Below, one piece after another: positions 1 to 10,300 of a stretch of DNA of 64,000 nt. How positions within the stretch are numbered: position 1 is the stretch's first letter; every line of letters starts with the position of its first letter. Origin of the DNA: Eledone cirrhosa (taxonomy: Eukaryota). A program made the position numbers and the translations under genes. Below the pieces are notes generated by a model, which was not told the DNA's origin, ran no database searches, and saw only the letters and a list, made by a program, of their open reading frames with translations. The stretch lies in the NCBI GenBank assembly GCA_964016885.1, contig OZ024740.1, positions 8,494,001-8,558,000 on the forward strand, given 5' to 3'.

Positions 1-3000
1 GTTTCGATTAGTATGTCAGTTTCTATTGTTATGTCAGTTTCGATTTGTATATCAGTTCCGAATGGTATGTCAGTCTCGATTGGTATGTCAGTTTCGATTG
101 GTATATCAGTTTCGATTGGTATATCAGTTTCGATTGGTATAGCAGTTTCGATTGGTATCTCAGTTTCTATTGTTATATCAGTTTCTATTGGTATGTCAGT
201 TTCGATAGGTATGTCAGTTTCTATTGGTATATCAGTTTCGATTGGTATGTAATTTCTATTGGTATGTCAGTTTCGATTGGTATATCAGTTTCGATTGGTA
301 TGTCAGTTTCTATTGTTATATCAGTTTCTATTTGTATGTCAATTAGGATAGGTATGTCAGTTTCTATTGGTATATCAGTTTCAATTGGTATGTCAGTTTC
401 TATTGGTATGTCAGTTTTGATTGGTATATCAGTTTCGATTGGTATGTCAGTTTCGATTGGTAAGTCAGTTTCGATTGGTATATCAGTTCCGATTGGTATG
501 TCACATTCGATTGGTATGTCAGTTTCGATTGGTATATCAGTTTCGATTGGTATGTAAGTTTCGATTGGTATGTCAATTTCAATTGGTATATCAGTTTCTA
601 TTGGTATGTCAGTTTCGAGTGGTATGACAGTTTCTATTGGTATATAAGTTTCGATTGATATATCAGTTTCGAATAGTATGTCAGTTTCTACTGGTATGTC
701 AGTTTCGATTAGTATATCAGTTTCTATTGGTATGTCAGTTTCGATTGGTATATCAGTTTCGATTTGTATATCAGTTCCTATTGCTATATCAATTTCTATT
801 GGTATGTCAGTTTCAATTGGTATGTAAGTTTCGATTGATGTATCAGTTTCGATTGGTATATCAGTTTCGATTGGTATGTCAATTTCAATTAGTATATCAG
901 TTTCTATTGGTATATCAGTTTCGATTTGTATATCAGTTTCTATAGGTATGTCAATTTCTATTGGTATATCAGTTTCTATTGGTATGTCAGTTTCGAGTGG
1001 TATGTCAGTTTCTATTGGTTTATAAGTTTCGATTGATATATCAGTTTCGATTAGTATGTCAGTTTCTACTGGTATGTCAGTTTCGATTAGTATATCAGTT
1101 TCTAATGGTATGTCAGTTTCTATTGGTATATCAGATTCGATTGGTATATCACTTTCGATTAGTATGTCAGTTTCTATTGGTATGTCAGTTTTGATTGGTA
1201 TATCAGTTTCAATTGGTATATCAGTTTCGATTGGTATGTCAGTTTCTATTGGTATATCACTTTCTATTGGTATGTCAGTTTTGATTGGTATATCAGTTTC
1301 GATTGGTATGTCAATTTCGATTGGTATGTCAGTTTCGATTGGTATATCAGTTCCGATTGGTATGTCAGTTTCGATTGGTACTTCAGTTTCGATTGGTATA
1401 TCAGTTTCGATTGGTATGTCAGTTTCAATTGGTATGTAAGTTTCGATTAGTATATCAGTTTCGATTCATATGTCAATTTCGATTGGTATATCAGTTTCGA
1501 TTGGTATGTCAATTTCAATCAGTATGTCAGTTTCTATTGGTATATCAGTTTCAATTGGTATGTCAGTTTCGATTAGTATATCAGTTTCTATAGGTATGTC
1601 AGTTTCTATTGTTATATCAGTTTCGATTGGTATATCTGTTTCGATGGTATGTCAGTTTCGATTGGTATATCAGTTTCTATTGGTATATCCGTTCAATTAA
1701 TATATCAGTTTCGATTAGTATATCAGTTTCTATTGGTATGTCAGTTTCGATTGGTATGTCAGTTTCTATTGGTATGTCAGTTTCGATTGGTATCTCAGTT
1801 TCTATTTGTATGTCAATTTCGATTGGTATATAAGTTTAGATTAGTAGGTCAGTTTCTATTGGTATATCAGTTTCGACTGGTATATCAGTTTCGATTAGAA
1901 AGTCAGTTTCGATTGTTATGTCAGTTTCGATTTGTATATCAGTTCCGATTGGTATGTCAGTTTCGATTGGTATGTCAGTTTCGATTGGTATATCAGTTTC
2001 GATTAGTATGTCAGTTTTGATTGGTATGTCAATTTCGATTGGTATATCAGTTTCTATAGGTATGTCAGTTTCGATTGTTATGTCAGGTTCTATTGGTATA
2101 TCAGTTTCGATTGGTATATCAGCTTCGATTAGTATATCAATTTCTATTGGTATGTCAGTTTCGATTAGTATATCAGTTTCTATTGGTACGTCAGTTTCTA
2201 TTGGTATATCAGCTTCGATTGGTATATCAGTTTCGATTAGTATGTCAGTTTCTAATGGTATGTCAGTTTCGATTAGTATATCAGTTTATATTGGTATATC
2301 AGTTCCTATTGGTATGTCAGTTTCGATAGGTATGTCAGTTTCTATTGGTATGTCAGTTTCGATTGGTATATCAGTTTCGATTGGTATGTCAATTTCTATT
2401 GTTATATCAGTTTCTATTTGTATGTCAGTTAGGATAGGTATGTCAGTTTCTATTGGTATATCAGTTTCGATTGGTATGTCAGTTTCTATTGGTATGTCAG
2501 TTTCTATTGGTATATCACTTTCAATTGGTATGTCAGTTCCGATTGGTATGTCAGTTTCGATTGGTATGTCAGTCTCGATTGGTATGTTAGTCCTCGAATG
2601 TTATGTCAGTTTCTATTGGTATATAAGTTTTGATTGGTATGACAATTTCAATTAGTATATCAGTTTCTATTGGGATATCAGTTTCGAATGATATGTCAGT
2701 TTTCGATTTGTATATCAGTTTATATTGGTATATCAGTTTCGATTGGTATGTCAGTCTCTATTGTTATATCAGTTTCTATTGGTATGTCAGTTTCTATTGG
2801 TATATCAGTTTCGATCGGTATATCAGTTTCGATGGTATGTTAGTTTCTATTGGTATATCAGTTTCGATTGAAATATCAGTTTCTATTGGTATATCAGTTT
2901 CGATCTGTATATCAGTTTTGATGGTATGTTAGTTTCTATTGGTATATCAGTTTCAAGTGAAATATCAGTTTCTATTGGTATATCAATTTCGATTGGTATA

Positions 3001-3225
3001 TTTGTTTCAATTAGTATATTAGTTTCTATAGGTATGTCATTTTCTATTGGTATATCAGTTTCGACTGGTATATCAGTTTCGACTAGAATGTCAGTTTCGA
3101 TTGTTATGTCAGTTTCTATTGATATATCAGTTTTGATTGGTATACCAGTCTCGAATGTTATATCAGTTTCTATTAGTATATCAGTTTCGATTGGTATTTC
3201 AGTTTCTATTGGTATATCAGTTTCA

Positions 3226-4865
3226 TATGGTTTGTTCCAGGGAAAGGCACCACTGATGCGCTCTTCCTTGTGAGGCAATTACAGGAAAAGTACCTAGCTA
3301 AAAGTAAGCCACTCTACTTGGCATTTGTCGACCTTGAGAAAGCCTTTGACAGAGTTCCACGTGCAGTAATCTGGTGGGCTCTTAGAAAACTAGGAGTAGA
3401 TGAATGGCTTGTGAAAGCGGTACAAGCCATGTATAGGGGAGCAGTCAGCAAAGTTAGGATTGGCAATGAGTATAGCGAGGAATTTAGCGTACAGGTTGGG
3501 GTCCACCAGGGCTCTGTTCTTAGCCCTCTCCTGTTCATCATAGTCCTGCAGGCAATAACGGAGGAGTTTAAGACCGGATGCCCATGGGAACTCCTGTATG
3601 CTGATGACCTCGCACTCATAGCTGAATCTATGGTAGAACTAGAGAATAAATTCCAAACCTGGAAGCAGGGACTAGAGAGAAAGGGCCTCAAAGTCAACAT
3701 GACAAAGACTAAGGTCCTTATAAGTAGACGAGAAAACAGAACCCAGATCACCTCAGGGAAATGGCCTTGCTCAGTATGTAGGAAAGGTGTAGGTAGGAAC
3801 TCCATTCTTTGCCCCAAATGCAAACAATGGGTACACAAGAGATGTAGCGGGATCTCAGGAAGCTTAATTAAGAATGTAGGATTCACATGCAGCAGCTGTG
3901 CTGAAACAGCAAGCAAACAGCCACAGGAAACAAGTACCACCAATCTCTGGGAGGGCCCTGTAGAAACAGTAGACAGCTTCTGCTACCTAGGTGACCGAAT
4001 TAGCAACGGAGGTGGGTGCTCAGAAAGTACAATAACTAGGGTAAGAACGGGATGGAAGAAGTTTAGGGAACTACTACCACTGCTAGCTGCAAAAGGCTTC
4101 TCCCTCAGAATGAAAGGCAGACTGTATGATGCGTGTATCCGAACAGCGATGTTGCATGGTAGTGAGACCTGGGCGCTGAAGGTGGAAGACTTACGTAGAT
4201 TAGAGAGAAACGAAGCCTGCATGCTCCGATGGATGTGTAACAGTAATATACGTGAACGACAAAGCATAAATGAATTGAGAGAGAGACTGAGCATAAGAGG
4301 AATCAAATGCTGCGTGCAGGAGAGGCGGTTACGCTGGTATGGACATGTGATGCGTATGAAGGATGACAGCTGCATAAAAAGGTGCAGAGCACTAGAAGTT
4401 GATGGAAACCGCGGAGTGGGGAGACCCAAGATGACTTGGGATGAGGTGATAAAAGCCGACCTTACCCAACTACACCTCTCAAAGTCAATGACACACGACC
4501 GTGACTTCTGGCGTCACGCAGTAATACAGGGTACCCGACCTCCCATGGGTACATGCTGAAGCATATAAACAATATGCCCCCCCCCCCCCCACCGCAAGGT
4601 GGTCGTGGAGGTGCCACGGCAAAAAAGCACCCAGCCCACACTGTAAAGTGGACGTGTAGGCGCCACGAAAAAGCACCCAGCACTCACTGTAAATGAGGTT
4701 GGTGTTAGGAAGGGCATCCAGCTGTAGAAATCAAGCCAGATCAGTTCCTGTATGAGCAAGGCATGGTCAGCCGACCAGACACTGCCCACAACAGGACAAC
4801 CCGTCTAACCCATGCTAGCGTGGAAGAACGGACGTAAAACGGTGATGATGATGATGATGATGATG
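3226..4865 (+). mobile_element. 5'-truncated non-LTR retrotransposon (RTE-clade-like LINE): RT region, about 285-bp 3' UTR and (TGA)n tail
   Basis: The satellite stops abruptly after ...CAGTTTCA (3225). An RT frame runs to TGA at 4557-4559, followed by a structured 3' UTR and a GGTGATGATG... tail (4841-4865), then satellite resumes. A paralogous empty site lies at about 11704. The clade call is an inference from the short tandem-repeat tail and the C-terminal RRLRWYGHVMR...GRPK.TW motif. Confidence 0.93.
3231..4559 (+). CDS. Partial (N-terminally truncated) LINE reverse transcriptase with an inserted PHD-type zinc finger; endonuclease domain lost by truncation
   Basis: The frame extends upstream of the ORF-track start at 3270 as FVPGKGTTDALFLVRQ. 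It contains AFVDLEKAFDRV, GVHQGSVLSPLLF, LLYADDLAL (YADD at 3597-3608), GLKVNMTKTKV, FCYLG (3978-3992) and RRLRWYGHVMR. There is no internal stop up to 4559. Confidence 0.93.
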   Translation, partial: FVPGKGTTDALFLVRQLQEKYLAKSKPLYLAFVDLEKAFDRVPRAVIWWALRKLGVDEWLVKAVQAMYRGAVSKVRIGNEYSEEFSVQVGVHQGSVLSPLLFIIVLQAITEEFKTGCPWELLYADDLALIAESMVELENKFQTWKQGLERKGLKVNMTKTKVLISRRENRTQITSGKWPCSVCRKGVGRNSILCPKCKQWVHKRCSGISGSLIKNVGFTCSSCAETASKQPQETSTTNLWEGPVETVDSFCYLGDRISNGGGCSESTITRVRTGWKKFRELLPLLAAKGFSLRMKGRLYDACIRTAMLHGSETWALKVEDLRRLERNEACMLRWMCNSNIRERQSINELRERLSIRGIKCCVQERRLRWYGHVMRMKDDSCIKRCRALEVDGNRGVGRPKMTWDEVIKADLTQLHLSKSMTHDRDFWRHAVIQGTRPPMGTC

Positions 4866-5102
4866 TCAGTTTCTATTGGTATATCAGTTTCTATTGGTAT
4901 ATCAGTTTCCTTTGGTATGTCAGATTCGATTGGTATGTCAGTTCCGATTGGTATGTCAGTTTCGATTGGTATATAAGTTTCTATTGGTATATCAGTTTCC
5001 ATTGGTATGTCAGATTCGATTGGTATGTCAGTTTCTATTGGTATATCTGTTTCGATTGAAAGGTCAGTTTCTATTGGTATGTCAGTTTTTATTAGTATAT
5101 CA

Positions 5103-5426
5103 GGAGGCACATGGATTAGTGGTTAGAGCATTGGCCTTGCAATCGAAAGGTTGTGAGTTCAATTCTCATACCGGGTGATGTGTTGTTTCCTTGAGAAAAA
5201 GACACTTTATTTCACATTGCTCCAGTTTACTCAGCTGTAGAAATGAGATGATAGGGACTGGTGTCCTTATAATTCCACTGCAAAGTGCTCGTGGAGGTGC
5301 CACGGCAAAAAAGCACCCAGCACTCAATTTAAAAGAGGTTGGTGTTAGGAAGGGCATCCAGCTGTAGAAATCAAGCCAGAATCAGTTCTCGTCCCACCCT
5401 TGCAAGCAGGGAAAAGCGGACGTAAA

Positions 5427-5462
<36 letters not shown>

Positions 5463-5468
5463 GTGATG
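5103..5468 (+). mobile_element. tRNA-derived SINE with a CORE-like body and a LINE-derived 3' end, (ATG)12 tail
   Basis: The head GGAGGCACATGGATTAGTGGTTAGAGCA...GTGAGTTCAATTCTCA carries A/B boxes and a T-arm. The body CCTTGAG(C)AAGACACTT resembles the CORE-SINE motif (from memory). Bases 5275-5387 align to the LINE 3' UTR (4589-4747). The ATG tail spans 5427-5462. Confidence 0.9.
5112..5165 (+). promoter_or_regulatory. Internal RNA polymerase III type-2 promoter (A box and B box) of the SINE
   Basis: A box TGGATTAGTGG at 5112-5122 (TGGCTTAGTGG in the 25-kb copy) and B box GAGTTCAATTC at 5155-5165, at tRNA-like spacing. Confidence 0.7.
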
Positions 5469-7326
5469 TCTGTTTCTATTGGTATATTAGTTTTTATTGG
5501 TATATCAGTTTCGATTGGGATGTCAGTTTCGATTGGTATGTCAGTTTCGATTGGTATATCAGTTTAGATTGTTATGTCAGTTTCGATTGCTATATCAGTT
5601 TCAAATGGTATGTCAATCTCGATCGGTATGTCAGTTTCGATTGGTATATCACTTTCTATTGGTATGTCGGTTTCTATTGGTATATCAGTTTTGATTGTTA
5701 TATCAGTTTCGATTGGTATATCAGTTTCTATTAGTATGTCAGTTTCTATTGGTATATCAGTTCCTATTGGTATATCAGTTTCGACTGGTATGTCAGTTTC
5801 GATTGGTATGTTAGTCCTTGATTTGTATGTCAGTTTCTATTGGTATATCAGTTTTGATTGGTATATCAGTTTCAATTTGTTTGTCAGTTTCTATTTGTAT
5901 ATCAGTTTCTATTGGTATGTCAGTTTCGATTGGTATGTCAGTTTCTATTTGTATATCAGTTTTGATTGGTATATCAGTTTCTATTGGTATATCACTTTTG
6001 ATTGGTATATCAGTTTTAATTTGTTTGTCAGTTTCGATTGGTATGTCAGTTTCTATTGGTATATCAGTTTCGATTGGTATGTCAGTTTCTATTGGTATGT
6101 CAGTTTCGATTATTATATCATTTACTAATGGTATGTCAGTTTCAATTAGTATGTCAGTTTCTATTGGTATATCAGTTTCGATTAGTATATTAGTATTCTA
6201 TTGGTATGTCAGTTTCTATTGGTATATCAGTTTCGATTGGTATGTCTGTTGCGATTGGTATGTCAGTTTCGATTGGTATATTAGTTCCGATTGGTATGTC
6301 AGTTTCCATTGGTATGTCAGTTTCGATTGGTATATCAGTTTCCATTGGTATGTCAGTTTCGTTTGGTATGTCAATTTCGATTGGTATATCAGTTTAGATT
6401 AGTATGTCAGTTTCTATTGGTATATCAGTTGCGATTGGTATATTAGTTTCTATTGGTATGTCAGTTTGAATTAGTATATCAGTTTCTATTGGTATGTTAG
6501 TTTCGATTGTTATGTTAGTCCTCGAATTGTATGTCAATTTCAATTAGTATGTCAGTTTCGATTGGTATGTCAGTTTCGATTAGTATATCAGTTTCTATTG
6601 GTATGTCAGTTTCGATTGGTATGTCAGTTTCTATTAATATATCAGTTTCGATTGGTATATCAGTTTCGATTGGTATATCAGTTTCGATTGGTATGTCAGT
6701 TGTTATTGGTATATCAATTTCGATTGGTATGTCAGTTTCGATTGGTATGTCAGTTTCGATTGGAATATCAGTTCCGATTGGTGTGTCAGTTTCGATTGGT
6801 AAGTCAGTTTCAAATTGTATATCAGTTTCGATTGGTATTTCAGTTTCGATTGGTATGTCAATTTCGATAGGTATATCAGTTTAGATTAGTATATCAGTTT
6901 CTATTGGTATGTCAATTTCAATTAGTATATCAGTTTCTATTGGTATGTCAGTTTCCATTGGTATATCAGTTTCAATTGGTATGTCAATTTAAATTAGTAT
7001 ATCAGTTTCTATTGGTATATCAGTTTCGATTGGTATGTCAGTTTTGATTTGTATATCAGTTTCTATAGATATGTCAGTTTCTATTGGTATATCATTTTCG
7101 ATTGGTATATCAGTTTCGATTGTATGTCAGTTTCGATTGGTATGTCAGTTTCTATTGGTATATCAGTTTCGATTGATATATCAGTTTTGATTGGTATGTC
7201 AGTTTCTACTGGTATGTCAGTTTCGATTAGTATATCACTTTCTATCGGTATGTCAGTTTCAATTGGTATGTCAGTTTCTATTGGTATATCAGTTTCGATT
7301 GGTATATCAGTTTCGATTAATATATC

Positions 7327-7390
7327 CCCCGTCCAAACCCATGCAAGCGTAGAACACGGACGTTAAACGTTGATGATGATGATGATGATG
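7327..7390 (+). mobile_element. 64-bp extreme 3' stub of a related RTE-type retroposon (terminal stem-loop plus (TGA)n tail), TSD ATATC
   Basis: CCCCGTCCAAACCCATGCAAGCGTAGAACACGGACGTTAAACGT(TGA)n resembles the LINE end at 4800-4865. ATATC flanks it at 7322-7326 and 7391-7395. Removing the insert and one TSD restores an in-phase monomer. Confidence 0.85.
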
Positions 7391-10300
7391 ATATCAATTT
7401 CTATTGGTTTGTCAGTTTCGATTAGAATATCAGATTCGATTGGTATATTCGTTTCGATTGGTATGTCAATTTCAATTAGTATATCAGTTTCTATTGGTAT
7501 GTCAGTTTCTATTGTTATATCAGTTTCGATAGGTATATCAGTTTCGATTGGTATGTAAGTTTCGATTGGTATGTCAGTTTAGATTGGTATGTCAGTTTCG
7601 ATTGGTATATCAGTTTCTATTGTTATGTCAGTTTCTATTAGTATGTCAGTTTCGATTGGTATATCAGTTTCTATTGGTATATCACTTTTGATTGGTATAT
7701 CAGTTTCAATTTGTTTGTCAGTTTCGATTGGTATGTCAGTTTCTATTGGTATATCAGTTTCGATTGGTATGTCAGTTTCTAATGGTATGTCAGTTTCGAT
7801 TATTATATCATTTACTATTGGTATGTCAGTTTCAATTAGTATGTCAGTTTCTATTGGTATATCAGTTTCGATTGGTATATCAGTTTCGATTAGTATTTCA
7901 GTTTCGATTAGTATATTAGTATTCTATTGGTATGTCAGTTTCTATTGGTATATCAGTTTCGATTGGTATATCAGTTTCGATTAGTATGTCAGTTTCTATT
8001 GGTATGTTAGTTTCGATTACTACATCAGTTTCTATTGGTTTGTCAATTTCAATCGGTATGTCAGTTTCTATTGATATATCATTTTCGATTGGTATATCAG
8101 TTTCGATTGGTATATCAGCTTCGATTGGTATGTCAGTTTCTATTGGTATATCACTTTCTATTGGTATGTCAGTTTTGATTGGTATATCAGTTTCGATTGG
8201 TATGTCAGTTTCGATTGGTATGTCAGTTTCGATTGGTATATCAGTTCCGATTGGTATGTCAGTTTCGATTGGTATTTCAGTTTCGATTGGTATATCAGTT
8301 TCTATTGGTATGTCAGTTTCGATTGGTATGTCAATTTCGATTGGTATATCAGTTTCTATTGGTATGTCAGTTTCGAGTGGTATGTCAGTTTCTATTGGTT
8401 TATAAGTTTCGATTGATATATCAGTTTCGATTAGTATGTCAGTTTCTACTGGTATGTCAGTTTCGATTAGTATATCAGTTTCTAATGGTATGTCAGTTTC
8501 TATTGGTATATCAGATTCGATTGGTATATCACTTTCGATTAGTATGTCAGTTTCTATTGGTATGTCAGTTTTGATTGGTATATCAGTTTCAATTGGTATA
8601 TCAGTTTCTATTGGTATGTCAGTTTTGATTGGTATATCAGTTTCGATTGGTATGTCAATTTCGATTGGTATGTCAGTTTCGATTGGTATATCAGTTCCGA
8701 TTGGTATGTCAGTTTCGATTGGTACTTCAGTTTCGATTGGTATATCAGTTTCGATTGGTATGTCAGTTTCAATTGGTATGTAAGTTTCGATTAGTATATC
8801 AGTTTCGTTTCATATGTCAATTTCGATTGGTATATCAGTTTCGATTGGTATGTCAATTTCAATCAGTATGTCAGTTTCTATTGGTATATCAGTTTCAATT
8901 GGTATGTCAGTTTCGATTAGTATATAAGTTTCTATAGGTATGTCAGTTTCTATTGTTATATCAGTTTCGATTGGTATATCTGTTTCGATGGTATGTCAGT
9001 TTCGATTGGTATATCAGTTTCTATTGGTATATCCGTTTCGATTAATATATCAGTTTCGATTAGTATATCAGTTTCTATTGGTATGTCAGTTTCGATTGAT
9101 ATGTCAGTTTCTATTGGTATGTCAGTTTCGATTGGTATCTCAGTTTCTATTTGTATGTCAATTTCGATTGGTATATAAGTTTAGATTAGTAGGTCAGTTT
9201 CTATTGGTATATCAGTTTCTATAGGTATGTTAGTTTCTATTGGTATATCAGTTTCGACTGGTATATCAGTTTCGATTAGAAAGTCAGTTTCGATTGTTAT
9301 GTCAGTTTCGATTTGTATATCAGTTCCGATTGGTATGTCAGTTTCGATTGGTATGTCAGTTTCGATTGGTATATCAGTTTCGATTAGTATGTCAGTTTTG
9401 ATTGGTATGTCAATTTCGATTGGTATATCAGTTTCTATAGGTATGTCAGTTTCGATTGTTATGTCAGGTTCTATTGGTATATCAGTTTCGATTGGTATAT
9501 CAGCTTCGATTAGTATATCAATTTCTATTGGTATGTCAGTTTCGATTAGTATATCAGTTTCTATTGGTACGTCAGTTTCTATTGGTATATCAGCTTCGAT
9601 TGGTATATCAGTTTCGATTAGTATGTCAGTTTCTAATGGTATGTCAGTTTCGATTAGTATATCAGTTTATATTGGTATATCAGTTCCTATTGGTATGTCA
9701 GTTTCGATAGGTATGTCAGTTTCTATTGGTATGTCAGTTTCGATTGGTATATCAGTTTCGATTGGTATGTCAATTTCTATTGTTATATCAGTTTCTATTT
9801 GTATGTCAGTTAGGATAGGTATGTCAGTTTCTATTGGTATATCAGTTTCGATTGGTATGTCAGTTTCTATTGGTATGTAAGTTTTGATTAGTATATCAGT
9901 TTCGATTCATATGTCAATTTCGATTGGTATATCAGTTTCGATTGGTATGTCAATTTCAATCAGTATGTCAGTTTCTATTGGTATATCAGTTTCAATTGGT
10001 ATGTCAGTTTCGATTAGTATATCAGTTTCTATAGGTATGTCAGTTTCTATTGTTATATCAGTTTCGATTGGTATATCTGTTTCGATGGTATGTCAGTTTC
10101 GATTGGTATATCAGTTTCTATTGGTATATCCGTTTCGATTAATATATCAGTTTCGATTAGTATATCAGTTTCTATTGGTATGTCAGTTTCGATTGGTATG
10201 TCAGTTTCTATTGGTATGTCAGTTTCGATTGGTATCTCAGTTTCTATTTGTATGTCAATTTCGATTGGTATATAAGTTTAGATTAGTAGGTCAGTTTCTA

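Noticed and set aside
3226-3233. Apparent frameshift at the LINE 5' edge (TATGGTTTGTT vs expected TAT GGT TTT GTT, YGFV)
   Set aside because: It is a one-base difference in a T run at the truncation junction. It cannot be distinguished from junction noise or sequencing error and has no consequence for a truncated copy.
4604-4655. Pistol ribozyme (CGTGG...CCACG P1 with a loop pseudoknot and A-rich linker looks similar)
   Set aside because: I could not find the P2 stem or the conserved catalytic junction. It is kept only as a generic pseudoknot candidate.
3314-4789. Minus-strand ORFs over the LINE (209, 148 and 91 aa) and similar ORFs over the SINE and LINE fragments
   Set aside because: These are antisense shadows of the RT frame and UTR, with no recognisable motifs.
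3226-4865. Retron, DGR or other prokaryotic RT system associated with a repeat array
   Set aside because: The RT motifs, 5' truncation, microsatellite tail, partner SINE and empty paralogous site all indicate an ordinary LINE insertion into a pre-existing satellite.
5103-5175. Functional tRNA gene
   Set aside because: A/B boxes and the T-arm are present, but the anticodon stem is mismatched (TTGGC/TCGAA) and the sequence continues into a SINE body. The parental tRNA cannot be assigned.
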